Positions 47,884 through 58,579 of a stretch of 64,000 bases of DNA are shown here, in pieces; positions within the stretch are counted from its first letter, which is position 1, and every line of letters starts with the position of its first letter. Made by a program: the position numbers and the translations under genes. The stretch is from Bacilli bacterium (lineage in GTDB: Bacteria; Bacillota_I; Bacilli_A; RF39; UBA660). The stretch lies in NCBI GenBank assembly GCA_017542065.1, contig JAFXXX010000007.1, forward strand, positions 2,182 to 66,181. Reading direction: 5' to 3'. A model generated the notes under the pieces. That model was given only the letters and a program-made list of their open reading frames with translations, did not search any database and was not told the DNA's origin.

Positions 47884-49116
47884 ATGAAATTATATGAGGA
47901 TTTAATGTACAGAGGTTTAATAAAAGACGTTGCTTCAGAAGATTTAGAAAAAGTTTTAGATGGAGAACCAATTGCATTTTATTGGGGAACTGATCCTACT
48001 GCAGATAGTTTACATTTAGGACATTATTCTAGTTTAGTAACTGCTAAGAGACTTGCTAAAGCTGGACATCATCCAATACTATTAGTTGGTGGTGCAACAG
48101 GTTTAATTGGAGACCCAAGACCAACTGCAGAAAGAGAAATTATTTCTAAAGAAATTATTGATGGTAACGTTGAAAGTATTAAGAAACAAGTATTAGATAT
48201 ATTTGATGGTAATGCTGAAATAGTTAATAACTACGATTGGTTTAAAGATATTTCTTGGATAGACTTTTTAAGAGATATTGGTAAATATATTAATGTTAAC
48301 TATATGCTTGCTAAAGATATTATTAACAGAAGACTAGAAACAGGTATTACATTTACTGAGTTTGCATATACTTTAATGCAAGGATATGATTATTTATATC
48401 TTAATGAAACTAAGAATGTAACTTTAGAATGTGCTGGTTCTGATCAATGGGGTAATATTACTACTGGTGTAGATTTAATTAGTAAGAAATTAGGTAAGAC
48501 TGTTAATGCATTTACTATGCCTTTAATAGTAGATTCCACAGGAAAGAAATTTGGTAAGAGTGAAGGTAATGCTTTATGGCTTGATGAAAATAAAACTTCA
48601 AGTTATGAATTATATCAATATTTAATAAATACTGATGATGCTAAAGTTGAAGAATATTTAAAAGTATTTACATTCCTTTCAAAAGAAGAAATAGAAGATA
48701 CTATGTCTAAACATAATGCTGCTCCTGAACAAAGAATTGCTCAAAAGGAATTAGCAAGGGCAATAATTACTGATCTTCATGGAGAGGAAAGTTTTAATAA
48801 AGCACTTAAAATAACTGAAGCTTTATTTAGTGGAGATATAAAATCACTTAATGAAGATGAATTAAAAGATGCATTAAATGGCGTTGATACATCTAATATT
48901 TCAGAAGATGTAAATATAGTAGATATGTTAGTTAATACTGGTATTCTTTCTAGTAAGAGAGAAGCTAGAGAATTCTTAACTAATGGGTCTATTAGTTTAA
49001 ATGGAGAAAGAATTACTGACCTTGAACTTACAATTACTAAAGATACTTGTTTATATAACAAATACTTAGTTGTTAGAAGAGGTAAGAAAAAATATCATTT
49101 AGTTATATTTGAATAA
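47884..49116 (+). CDS. tyrS: Tyrosine--tRNA ligase
   Basis: HIGH motif HLGHY. KMSKS-like KFGKS. C-terminal S4 domain. Confidence 0.95.
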   Translation: MKLYEDLMYRGLIKDVASEDLEKVLDGEPIAFYWGTDPTADSLHLGHYSSLVTAKRLAKAGHHPILLVGGATGLIGDPRPTAEREIISKEIIDGNVESIKKQVLDIFDGNAEIVNNYDWFKDISWIDFLRDIGKYINVNYMLAKDIINRRLETGITFTEFAYTLMQGYDYLYLNETKNVTLECAGSDQWGNITTGVDLISKKLGKTVNAFTMPLIVDSTGKKFGKSEGNALWLDENKTSSYELYQYLINTDDAKVEEYLKVFTFLSKEEIEDTMSKHNAAPEQRIAQKELARAIITDLHGEESFNKALKITEALFSGDIKSLNEDELKDALNGVDTSNISEDVNIVDMLVNTGILSSKREAREFLTNGSISLNGERITDLELTITKDTCLYNKYLVVRRGKKKYHLVIFE

Positions 49117-49120
49117 TAAA

Positions 49121-49146
49121 AAAACTAGTCAATTGACTAGTTTTTA
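49121..49146. terminator. Bidirectional palindromic terminator between tyrS (+) and rpsD (-)
   Basis: aaaaACTAGTCAATTGACTAGTttttt, almost identical to the hairpin at 37738-37764. Confidence 0.7.
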
Positions 49147-49149
49147 TTA

Positions 49150-49749
49150 TTATCTATTATAGAATTCAACGATAAATGCTTCGTTAATATCAGCACTTAA
49201 TTCATTTCTTTCTGGATATCTAACATAAGTTCCTTCAAAGTTTTTCTTATCAAAAGTAACATATTCAGGAATACTGTTAACAGCTTCTAATGAAGCAAGT
49301 ATAGCTTTATGATCTCTTGAAGCTTCTCTTACAGAAATCTTATCTCCAGGTTTTACATTGTATGATGGAATATCAACTCTTTTTCCATTAACAAGAATAT
49401 GACCATGGTTAACAATTTGTCTAGCTGCTCTTCTTGTAGTAGCTAATCCCATTCTATAAACTACGTTATCTAATCTAGATTCTAGAAGTTTTAAGAAGTT
49501 TTCACCATGAATACCTTCCATCTTACCAGCTTTTAAGAATAAAGTGTGGAATTGTTTTTCATTCATTCCATAAGTAAATCTAACTTTTTGTTTTTCTGTT
49601 AATTGAGCAGAGTAGTTAGATGGTTTAATTCTATCTTGACCATGAGCACCAGGTCTATATGGTCTTTTAGCTAAATCTTTACCATTTTCTAATGTTGAAT
49701 AAGAAACTCTTCTACTTTTCTTATAAGCAGATCCAGTATATCTTGACAT
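49150..49749 (-). CDS. rpsD: 30S ribosomal protein S4
   Basis: 199 aa, unmistakable S4 sequence (MSRYTGS...S4 domain). Confidence 0.95.
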   Translation of the reverse strand: MSRYTGSAYKKSRRVSYSTLENGKDLAKRPYRPGAHGQDRIKPSNYSAQLTEKQKVRFTYGMNEKQFHTLFLKAGKMEGIHGENFLKLLESRLDNVVYRMGLATTRRAARQIVNHGHILVNGKRVDIPSYNVKPGDKISVREASRDHKAILASLEAVNSIPEYVTFDKKNFEGTYVRYPERNELSADINEAFIVEFYNR

Positions 49750-49910
49750 AAATTTTTCCTCCTTTACTTATATTTCAAACTTAAGTAAGACCTTATATAT
49801 AAAGGGTGTATGTTTTAATACTTTCATATGTGCGCTTTAGAGGAACATATTACTCATAAAACTATAGTAACATAGCACGTTATATACATAAAATCAGCAC
49901 AATTTGTTTG
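49750..49910 (-). promoter_or_regulatory. rpsD 5' leader (candidate S4 autoregulatory element)
   Basis: A leader of about 160 nt lies between the predicted promoter and AAGGAGG-ATG. By analogy to B. subtilis rpsD autoregulation, S4 may bind it; this was not verified structurally. Confidence 0.35.
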
Positions 49911-49917
49911 CATGTAT

Positions 49918-49946
49918 AATAATACCTAAAAATAAGGGAATAGTCA
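49918..49946 (-). promoter_or_regulatory. rpsD promoter
   Basis: On the minus strand: TTGACT, 17-nt spacer, TATTAT. Confidence 0.45.
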
Positions 49947-49959
49947 ACATTTTTTTAAA

Positions 49960-49994
49960 AACTATATAATTTTACATCTTCCTGTGATATAATG
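49960..49994 (+). promoter_or_regulatory. ezrA promoter (extended -10)
   Basis: TG-a-TATAAT at 49985-49993. Confidence 0.3.
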
Positions 49995-50021
49995 TTATAT
50001 ATATAATATGGAGGAGTATAA

Positions 50022-51737
50022 ATGAAAGATATATTACTATATGTTACAGTTTATATAGTTGTTATTTCTATTCTTGTAGGTATCTTTTTACTTAAAAATG
50101 CTAGAAGAAAAAAGAAACTAAAAGATAAAATATCTGAACTAGAAAAAGAAAAAAATCTTGTTATAAGTGCTCCTATATTAAGTGAACTTGGTAAAGTAGA
50201 ATCTTTAGTTAAAGATGATAAATTAAAAGTTAAATATACAGAGTGGCAAGATAAATTTGAAAACATAAGAAAAAATGAACTTCCAAAAATATCTGATATG
50301 ATTTTGGATGCTGATGGATTATTAGAAAAGAAAAGCTATAAAGAATTAAGAGCAAAACTAGTAGAAATAGAATTAGATATATATAGATTAAAAGAGAGAA
50401 CTAATTCTATTCTTACTGAAATACAAGGATTAACTCTTAGTGAAGAAAAGAATAGAGAAAGAATAGTAGAACTTAAATCTAAATATAGAGAAATAAAGTC
50501 AGAATATGAAAAGAATAAAGAATCTTATGGTTCTGTTACTAATCAAATAGATCTTGAATTTGAAAGTATTGAAAAAAGATTTTCTGAATTTGAGATTGCT
50601 ATGGATAATAAAGATTATGATGAAATTAACTATATAGTTAAGGGTATAGATGAAATGATTGATCATGCTGATTATGTTGTTAAAGAAATACCTGCAATCA
50701 TAATTATGTGTAATGAACTTATTCCTAACAAGATTTCTGATATATCTAATTTATATATAGAAATGACTAGAAATATGTATCAACTAGATTATTTAAATGT
50801 TGAATATAATATTGAAGAAACTAATAAGAAATTAAAAGATATAACTGATAGAGTTAAAGTTCTTAACTTGGAAGACGTAGTATTTGAACTTAAAACAATA
50901 CTTAATTATTTTGATTCGCTTTATACTGATTTTGAAAATGAAAAGATGTCTAAAAAGAAATTTGACTCTAATATGAAATCATTTAAGACTAAACTTACTA
51001 AAACAGATAAAGTAGTTAAGAATATTAAATCTCAAATTAATGAACTTAAAACTAATTATGAACTTTCTACTGAAAATATAGAAAGAATAGAAATAATTGA
51101 TAAAGAAGTAACTAATATTAAAAATAGTTATAATGAATTAACTGATTATAGTAAGAATCATACATTCCCATATACTAAGTTAATAAAGGAATTAGATTTA
51201 CTTATTATTAAATTATCTAAGATAGATGAAAATCTAGATTATGATGTACATACTATTGGTAGTATGAAAGATGATGAAGCTAGAGCTAGAGAACAATTAG
51301 ATAATATTAAAAAGTTAATTAAGAAAACAAAGAATAGAATTAGATGTTATAACATACCTGTTATACCTAATAATTATTATGTTGAATTAAATGATGCTAA
51401 TGATGCAATCAAAGAAATTAATAAAGAATTAAATAGAAAACCTATTACTATAGAAGTACTAAATATTAGAGTAGATACTGCTAGAGACTTAGCATTTAAA
51501 GTATATAATACTGTTAATAGTTTAATTAAGTCTGTTATGATGGCAGAAGAAACTATGGTTTATGGTAATAGATATAGAGGTATTAAATCTCAAGTAGATC
51601 AAGGTTTAGATAAAGCAGAGAGTTTATTTATGGAAGGTGAATATAAGAAGTCACTTGAATTAACTATGAACTCTATTGAGTATATTGAACCTGGTATACA
51701 TAATAAATTATTAAAAGTTTTTGAAGAAAAAGAATAG
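50022..51737 (+). CDS. ezrA: Septation ring formation regulator EzrA
   Basis: N-terminal TM anchor followed by long coiled-coils. Divergent from rpsD, as in B. subtilis. Confidence 0.85.
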   Translation: MKDILLYVTVYIVVISILVGIFLLKNARRKKKLKDKISELEKEKNLVISAPILSELGKVESLVKDDKLKVKYTEWQDKFENIRKNELPKISDMILDADGLLEKKSYKELRAKLVEIELDIYRLKERTNSILTEIQGLTLSEEKNRERIVELKSKYREIKSEYEKNKESYGSVTNQIDLEFESIEKRFSEFEIAMDNKDYDEINYIVKGIDEMIDHADYVVKEIPAIIIMCNELIPNKISDISNLYIEMTRNMYQLDYLNVEYNIEETNKKLKDITDRVKVLNLEDVVFELKTILNYFDSLYTDFENEKMSKKKFDSNMKSFKTKLTKTDKVVKNIKSQINELKTNYELSTENIERIEIIDKEVTNIKNSYNELTDYSKNHTFPYTKLIKELDLLIIKLSKIDENLDYDVHTIGSMKDDEARAREQLDNIKKLIKKTKNRIRCYNIPVIPNNYYVELNDANDAIKEINKELNRKPITIEVLNIRVDTARDLAFKVYNTVNSLIKSVMMAEETMVYGNRYRGIKSQVDQGLDKAESLFMEGEYKKSLELTMNSIEYIEPGIHNKLLKVFEEKE

Positions 51738-51763
51738 TCTAAAGACTAGAAAGGGGAAATAAT

Positions 51764-53581
51764 ATGGAAAGTACTATTATTGCGATATGTGCGTTAATAT
51801 TTTTGATTATTATAATGATAGTCTTTTTCACTAAGCCTAAACAAAGAAAAGTAGAAAATTCATTATTTACTGCTTTACTTATTACTAATCTAATAGGTTT
51901 ACTTTCACAACTTGCAATATATTATGTTGGTTCTTACTTTCCAGATTTCTCTGAAAGTATAATATACATATATATTTTAAAAGTATTATTCTTAGTATAT
52001 TTTGCATTTGAAGTAATATTTGGATTATATGTATGGGCTATATCATTTGATGTAAATACTAAAGAAAATGTTAGTTTTAAAAGAAGACAAACTATAGCAT
52101 ATTTAATAATATCTGGAATTATATCTGTTGTTATGTTCTTTTCACCAATGGATATAGAAGTAATTAATGGATATTATTATCCAACAGGAGCATCATTCTT
52201 TGTAATGTTTGTTGGAATGCTTGTTGGAACAGTATTTATGATATATTGTTTATTTAGAAATTATAAGAGAGTTAAATCATCAAAATATTTACCTTTATTT
52301 GCATATGTTATTTTATCTGCAGCAGGTATAATATCACAAATGATTAATCCTACTTATTTACTTATTGCTCCATTTGAAACATTAGTTATTACTCTTATGT
52401 ACTTTACAATAGAGAATCCTGATATGAGAATGGTAGAAGAACTAAAAAAAGCAAAAGAAGAAGCTGAGAAAGCTAATAATGCTAAATCAGAATTCTTAAA
52501 TTCTATGTCACATGAAATTAGAACTCCACTTAACTCAATAGTAGGTTTATCAGAAGATATTAGAAGTTATTCTGATGTACTTCCTCAAGGAGTTAAAGAA
52601 GATGCTAAAGACTTAGTTGATGCATCTACTTCATTACTTGAAGTAGTAGATAATATATTAGATATTAATAAGATTGAGTCATCAAGTATAAACTTAGTAG
52701 AAACACCTTACTTATTTAAAGATGAAATGATTAAATTATGTAAGTTAAATGCTATTAAGGCATCTGGTAAACCAATTAAATTTAATGTTGAATTTCAACA
52801 AGGTCTTCCTTATGAATTAATAGGAGACAGAGTAAATGTTAAAGAAATAGTTAATAATTTACTTAGTAATGCATTTAAGTATACTAATGAAGGACAAATA
52901 AAATTAACTGTTAAATACTCTATTAATAATGATATATGTAATTTAATAATGATGGTATCTGATACAGGTATTGGTATTTCTAAAGAAGATCAAGAAAAAC
53001 TATTTAGTGCATCTATAAAAGAAGATGGAAGAGTAGATAGTGATACTGTTGGACTTTCTGTTACTAAGAAATTAGTTGATGCTATGAAAGGTAGAATTAG
53101 TGTTAGAAGTAATCTTGGAGAAGGTTCTATATTTATGGTAGAAATACCTCAAAGAATTAGTAAGATTACTGCTCCTGAAAAAGAAGAAGTACTAGTAGTT
53201 CCTGATAATGATCTATTTAAGGGTAAAAAAGTATTAATAGTAGATGATAATAAATTAAATATTAAAGTTGCTGAAAAAGCATTAACATTCTTAGAAGTTA
53301 GTTCTGAATGTGCACATAGTGCTAAAGAAGCTTTAGATATGATAGCTACTAATAATTATGATTTAGTATTAATGGATATTATGATGCCTGAAATTAGTGG
53401 TGATAAATGTTTATTAACTATGAAAGAAAGAGGATACAGTGTTCCTGTTATAGCTTTAACAGCAGATGCAGTATCCGGAGCTAAAGAAAAATATTTATCT
53501 ATTGGTTTTGATGATTATATTGCTAAACCATTTACTAAAGACGAAATAAAAGAGAAACTAACTAAGATATTTAAAAATTAA
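51764..53581 (+). CDS. Hybrid sensor histidine kinase / response regulator, with a polytopic membrane N-terminus plus HisKA, HATPase and REC domains
   Basis: Six or seven TM helices. H-box [13 protein letters not shown]1 and G2 boxes. The C-terminal receiver carries DD...D (LIVDDN...MDIMMP). Confidence 0.8.
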   Translation: MESTIIAICALIFLIIIMIVFFTKPKQRKVENSLFTALLITNLIGLLSQLAIYYVGSYFPDFSESIIYIYILKVLFLVYFAFEVIFGLYVWAISFDVNTKENVSFKRRQTIAYLIISGIISVVMFFSPMDIEVINGYYYPTGASFFVMFVGMLVGTVFMIYCLFRNYKRVKSSKYLPLFAYVILSAAGIISQMINPTYLLIAPFETLVITLMYFTIENPDMRMVEELKKAKEEAEKANNAKSEFLNSMSHEIRTPLNSIVGLSEDIRSYSDVLPQGVKEDAKDLVDASTSLLEVVDNILDINKIESSSINLVETPYLFKDEMIKLCKLNAIKASGKPIKFNVEFQQGLPYELIGDRVNVKEIVNNLLSNAFKYTNEGQIKLTVKYSINNDICNLIMMVSDTGIGISKEDQEKLFSASIKEDGRVDSDTVGLSVTKKLVDAMKGRISVRSNLGEGSIFMVEIPQRISKITAPEKEEVLVVPDNDLFKGKKVLIVDDNKLNIKVAEKALTFLEVSSECAHSAKEALDMIATNNYDLVLMDIMMPEISGDKCLLTMKERGYSVPVIALTADAVSGAKEKYLSIGFDDYIAKPFTKDEIKEKLTKIFKN

Positions 53582-53681
53582 CATTAGTTAGTTTTTTTTA
53601 GTAAAAACTTTTAAAATTTAAAATAATTTGCTATAATTACTTATACGTGTTTCTGTTTTAAATTTTAAGAAAGGAGAAAAA

Positions 53682-55328
53682 ATGAGTAAAATTAAAATAT
53701 TTAGTCTCGGAGGACTAAATGAAAACGGTAAGAATATGTATGTTGTAGATGTTAACAACGACATATTTATATTTGATGCGGGTTTAAAATATGCTAATGA
53801 AAAGATGCTTGGAGTAGATTATATTATTCCAGACTATAATTTTATAAAAGAAAATAAAAAGAATATAAAGGGTATTTTTATTACTCATGGTCATGATGAA
53901 AACATGGGTGCTTTAGTAGATATAATTACTGAAGTTAAGGATATTGATGTTTATTCTTGTAAATTTACTTGTGACATTATTAGAAGAGAATTAGAGGAAG
54001 CTGGTCTTAAGTTTGATAACTTACATGAAATAGAACCTCATAAAGTAATTAACTTTGGAAAGAATAGTGTATTTCCAGTTAGTTTAACACATTCTATTCC
54101 TGATAATGTTGGTTATGTTTTAAATACCGAAGATGGTGCGATTGTTTATACTGGAAACTATGTATTTGATTCTAGTGTACAAGGTTGTTATAAAACTGAT
54201 ATAGGTAAACTTGCTTATATAGGTAAACAAGGAGTTTTATGTTTATTAAATGAATCTGTATATGCAGATAGACCTGGATATACAGTTCCAAAGAATAGAA
54301 TGTCTGAAACTATTAGAGAACTCTTTATGCATAATGAAGGAAGAATAATAGTAACAGTATTTTCTGCACATATTAATAGAATTCAAGAATTATTAACAGA
54401 AATAGAATCTACTCAAAGAAGAGTAGTAATAATGGGAAAAAGATTACAACAATTAATTAATTATGTAATTGATAATGGATATGTAACATTTAACAAAGAT
54501 AGAATAGGAACACTTAATAACATATCTGATAAAGATGCTGTAATACTTATTTCAAATGAAAATGAAAAACCATTTGTTAACTTAGAAAGAATTGTAAATG
54601 GTTATGATAAATATATTAAAATATTACCTACAGATACAGTATTTTATTTAGATCCAGTATCTGTTAATAATGAAAGAATGGCTATTAAAATGAGTGAAGA
54701 AATAGCTAAATTAGGTTCTAAAGTAGTATCTCTTTCATCTAAAGAGTACTTACTTAATCATGCTTCTATAGAAGACATTAAATTAATGATTAACTTAATG
54801 AATCCAAAATATTATTTTCCAGTTTCTGGTGAATATAGACATATGGTTTGTAATGCAGATGTTGCATATAGTATGGATATTCCAAGAGAGAATATTATAT
54901 TAAAACAAAACGGTGATGTTGCTATATTTGAAAATGGAAACTTAACTAACGAAACTGAAAAAATATCTATAAATGAATTACTAATAGACGGTAATTCCAC
55001 TAAAGATATTGGAGAACTTGTTTTAAAAGATAGAGAAATGCTTAGTGAAAACGGTATAGTAATTGTATGTGCTACACTAGACAAAAAAACTAGAAAGATT
55101 TTAGCAGGTCCTGAAATATTAACTAGAGGATTTATATACGTTAAAGATAACATAGAGTTTATTAATCAAATTAAAGATATGTCATTAGAAATAATTAATA
55201 AAAATATATCTAATAACTATGTTGATTATAGTAAGATTAAACAAGACTTAAGAGATGTTCTTGGATCATTTTTCTATAATGAAACTGAATGTAAACCAAT
55301 GGTTATTACATTAATTAACGAAATATAG
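53682..55328 (+). CDS. rnj: Ribonuclease J
   Basis: Metallo-beta-lactamase HGHDEN motif, beta-CASP and C-terminal domains. 548 aa. Confidence 0.9.
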   Translation: MSKIKIFSLGGLNENGKNMYVVDVNNDIFIFDAGLKYANEKMLGVDYIIPDYNFIKENKKNIKGIFITHGHDENMGALVDIITEVKDIDVYSCKFTCDIIRRELEEAGLKFDNLHEIEPHKVINFGKNSVFPVSLTHSIPDNVGYVLNTEDGAIVYTGNYVFDSSVQGCYKTDIGKLAYIGKQGVLCLLNESVYADRPGYTVPKNRMSETIRELFMHNEGRIIVTVFSAHINRIQELLTEIESTQRRVVIMGKRLQQLINYVIDNGYVTFNKDRIGTLNNISDKDAVILISNENEKPFVNLERIVNGYDKYIKILPTDTVFYLDPVSVNNERMAIKMSEEIAKLGSKVVSLSSKEYLLNHASIEDIKLMINLMNPKYYFPVSGEYRHMVCNADVAYSMDIPRENIILKQNGDVAIFENGNLTNETEKISINELLIDGNSTKDIGELVLKDREMLSENGIVIVCATLDKKTRKILAGPEILTRGFIYVKDNIEFINQIKDMSLEIINKNISNNYVDYSKIKQDLRDVLGSFFYNETECKPMVITLINEI

Positions 55329-55338
55329 GGGGATTAAA

Positions 55339-56214
55339 ATGAAACTATATCAAGATTGGGAAAAGTTAAGTAAAATGTATCCTGATAGACAACCGGGATG
55401 GAATAATTTTCGAAGCTATTTAATGCAAAGCTATATAAATGGTGAAGAGATCGAGGGCATAGATGAATTAGAAAATGACCCTGATTTTATGATGAATGCT
55501 ATTTTTGCATGTGTTCCAAGTGATAAATATGATTATGCTGCCATTATGAATTTATGTGGTGATGATGCTATTAAAAGTTATTTTGTTATGGATACTTGTC
55601 TTAAAAGATTTTATAGTAGACCTGAAGTAATAGCTAAAGCATGTAAGAAATATATAAGTTTAAATGAAACAAAAAATCATATAACAGATTATATGAATAC
55701 TCAAACAACTGAAATTTTAGTTAGAACTATTAGTGAAATAAGAAATGATAAAAATCATATTGAAGATCATTTAGAAGATTTAAATGAACTAGGTGAAATA
55801 TTAAAAACTAGATTTGATTATATTTTAGGATTATATAATCTTATGATTCAAGAAGGTAAATCACCATTTACATTTTTAGCTGAACATTATGAAAATAATA
55901 GACATATATTACCATTTATAGCAGATAGAATTCTTAGTGATATTCTTAATACATCTACAGCAGATATTAAACTATGTTCTATAGCTAGTGAATCAGAGGA
56001 AATGGATAAGTTATTGCCTAAAGCAATAAGCTTTGTCATGTCTTTTGATAAAGGATATAGTGATTATGTTTGTGCAAATGCTGTTTGTTATAACAAAATG
56101 GAAAAACGTTTAAGAGAAGAACTAATCAGAAGAGCAATTTTTATGAAATACGAAAAAAGCAATATGCTTAAGAATCGTGATATAGATAGAATGATAATTG
56201 TAAAGAAACCATAG
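55339..56214 (+). CDS. Hypothetical protein, 291 aa
   Basis: Long ORF beginning 11 nt after the rnj stop. Terminator at 56218-56244. No recognisable domain. Confidence 0.5.
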   Translation: MKLYQDWEKLSKMYPDRQPGWNNFRSYLMQSYINGEEIEGIDELENDPDFMMNAIFACVPSDKYDYAAIMNLCGDDAIKSYFVMDTCLKRFYSRPEVIAKACKKYISLNETKNHITDYMNTQTTEILVRTISEIRNDKNHIEDHLEDLNELGEILKTRFDYILGLYNLMIQEGKSPFTFLAEHYENNRHILPFIADRILSDILNTSTADIKLCSIASESEEMDKLLPKAISFVMSFDKGYSDYVCANAVCYNKMEKRLREELIRRAIFMKYEKSNMLKNRDIDRMIIVKKP

Positions 56215-56217
56215 AAA

Positions 56218-56244
56218 ATAGTGCAATAAGCACTATTTTTTTTA
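56218..56244 (+). terminator. Rho-independent terminator
   Basis: atagtgc-aataa-gcactat hairpin followed by a T-run of 8. Confidence 0.7.
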
Positions 56245-56284
56245 TTTTTATGATATAATAAAGATGATAATGCGAGGTGCTTAT

Positions 56285-58504
56285 ATGGCAAAGAGAGGAA
56301 GACCTAGAAAAGTTACACATAGAAGAAGACGTAAGAATAGTAATCTAATATTTTATGTATTAGGTTTCTTATTTATGGCTATTGGTGTATTTGGTTTATT
56401 AGGTTATAGAGCAAATATTGTAGGTAAGTTCTGTAAAGGATTTGGTATGCTTTTAATGGGTTCATTTTATTATGTTCCATTAATAGTATTAATTCTTTTA
56501 GGTGGATATATATTTATAAAGAGTAAATTTCCAAAAGTATTTACATTTACTAAATGTGGTATTTATTTAGTTTCTATTGGAGTACTAGCTTTCTTTAACT
56601 TAGAACATTTAACAGATAAGTTAACTATTAAAGAAGAATTAATTAGTGCATGGGAAACATTTAAAATAGCTATGACAGAGGAAACTAGTTTTTCTGGTGG
56701 AGGAATGATTGGAACATTATTCTCTGCAATATTTAATAAATACTGTGGACATATTGGTTCAATTATAGTTATATGCATAATTATATTTATAGGAGCTATT
56801 TTAATAACAGATATTTCTATTACAGATATAATAGATGCAATAAAGAATAAAGTAGTTAAAGACAAAGATAAAAATGGTATACCTGATTCAGATGATGAAG
56901 AAGATGATGATGGTTACCAAGAAGGTGAAGTAGATGATCTTGAAAATAATAAACCTGTTAAGATATCTCTTCATAGTCAAAAAGAGGAAGAAAAAAAAGA
57001 AAATACATCATATGTACCAACTAATAACACTGTTCTTTATAAGAATTATGAACCTCCAATAGTTCATAATATTGATAAAGTACTTAATCCGGTAAAAAGC
57101 ACTAAGGATAAAGTAAAAGAAAACGAATTAGAAATTAAAAAGAATATTCCTCAATTAGAAAAAGTTCTAAGAGAGTTTGAAGTTATTGCTAAGGTTAGAG
57201 AAGTTCACGTTGGACCTACTGTTACTCAATATGAATTAGAAATAAAATCTGGAACTAAGATGAATAAAGTTAAGAATTTATCATCTGAAATAGCATTAGC
57301 TATGGCTGCTAAAGATGTTAGAATTGAAGCTCCTATTCCAGGTAAGAGTACTGTTGGTATAGAAATACCAAATAAAGTTAATTCTGCAGTACCATTTAGA
57401 GAGATTATTGATTCATTTCCTAATGAAAAAGCTCCTAATAAATTATTAGTTGCTTTAGGTAAAGATATAATGGGAACTCCAAGATATTGTGAGATTAATA
57501 AAACTCCTCACTTATTAGTAGCAGGTGCAACAGGTTCTGGTAAATCAGTATGTGTTAACTGTATTATTGGTTCTATACTTATGAGAGCTAAACCAGATGA
57601 AGTTAAACTTGTTATGATAGACCCTAAGAAAGTAGAATTAACTGGTTATAATGGTATTCCACATTTATTAATGCCGGTTGTAACTGATCCAAGAAAGGCA
57701 TCTATAGCTTTACAAAGAATAGTTGCTGAAATGGAAGATAGATATAAATTATTTGAAGAACATTCTGTTAAGAATATAGAAATGTATAATGCTATGCTTG
57801 AAAAGAAGAATGCTAAGATGGCAGAAGAATCTCAATATCCATTACTACCATATATAGTAGTAGTAATCGATGAATTAGCTGACCTTATGGTTGTTGCTAG
57901 AAAAGAAGTTGAAGATTCTATCATGAGAATAACTCAAATGGCTAGAGCTGCTGGTATTCATTTAATAGTAGCTACTCAAAGACCATCTACAGATGTTATT
58001 ACAGGTGTTATTAAAGCTAATATTCCATCTAGAATATCATTTGCAGTTTCTTCACAAATAGATTCAAGAACTATTCTTGATATGGCTGGAGCAGAAAAGC
58101 TTATTGGTAAAGGTGATATGTTATTCTTACCAATGGGTGAAAGTATTCCACAAAGAATTCAAGGTGCATTTATAGATGAAACTGAAACTGAAAAATTAGT
58201 TGATTATTGTTGTAAACAACATAAAGCTCAATATGATGAAAAATTTGATTTAGATAAAGCTCCACAAGGTGGTAGTGGTAATCTAGGAGCAGCTGATGTA
58301 GATAATGATGATCCATTATATAATGATGCTGTAGAGTTTGTATGTAAGACTAAAAAAGCTTCTGCTTCTTTACTTCAAAGAAGATTTAAGATTGGTTATA
58401 ATAGAGCTGCTAATCTTATTGATAAGATGGAAGAAAGAGGAGTAGTTGGACCTGGTCAAGGATCTAAACCTAGAGAAGTTTTAGTTGAATTGGAAGAGGA
58501 ATAA
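56285..58504 (+). CDS. ftsK: DNA translocase FtsK/SpoIIIE. The ORF track begins at 56264.
   Basis: GAGGTG lies before ATG 56285. N-terminal TM helices, an acidic linker, a motor domain with Walker A GATGSGKS, and a C-terminal gamma domain. Confidence 0.9.
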   Translation: MAKRGRPRKVTHRRRRKNSNLIFYVLGFLFMAIGVFGLLGYRANIVGKFCKGFGMLLMGSFYYVPLIVLILLGGYIFIKSKFPKVFTFTKCGIYLVSIGVLAFFNLEHLTDKLTIKEELISAWETFKIAMTEETSFSGGGMIGTLFSAIFNKYCGHIGSIIVICIIIFIGAILITDISITDIIDAIKNKVVKDKDKNGIPDSDDEEDDDGYQEGEVDDLENNKPVKISLHSQKEEEKKENTSYVPTNNTVLYKNYEPPIVHNIDKVLNPVKSTKDKVKENELEIKKNIPQLEKVLREFEVIAKVREVHVGPTVTQYELEIKSGTKMNKVKNLSSEIALAMAAKDVRIEAPIPGKSTVGIEIPNKVNSAVPFREIIDSFPNEKAPNKLLVALGKDIMGTPRYCEINKTPHLLVAGATGSGKSVCVNCIIGSILMRAKPDEVKLVMIDPKKVELTGYNGIPHLLMPVVTDPRKASIALQRIVAEMEDRYKLFEEHSVKNIEMYNAMLEKKNAKMAEESQYPLLPYIVVVIDELADLMVVARKEVEDSIMRITQMARAAGIHLIVATQRPSTDVITGVIKANIPSRISFAVSSQIDSRTILDMAGAEKLIGKGDMLFLPMGESIPQRIQGAFIDETETEKLVDYCCKQHKAQYDEKFDLDKAPQGGSGNLGAADVDNDDPLYNDAVEFVCKTKKASASLLQRRFKIGYNRAANLIDKMEERGVVGPGQGSKPREVLVELEEE

Positions 58505-58530
58505 AAGATGTAGAAATACATCTTTTTATT
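58504..58530 (+). terminator. Terminator after ftsK
   Basis: aagatgta-gaaa-tacatctt hairpin followed by TTTTAT. Confidence 0.65.
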
Positions 58531-58579
58531 TTACAAAAAATATGATATTATAGTATATGTAAGAATAGGAGGGATTTTT

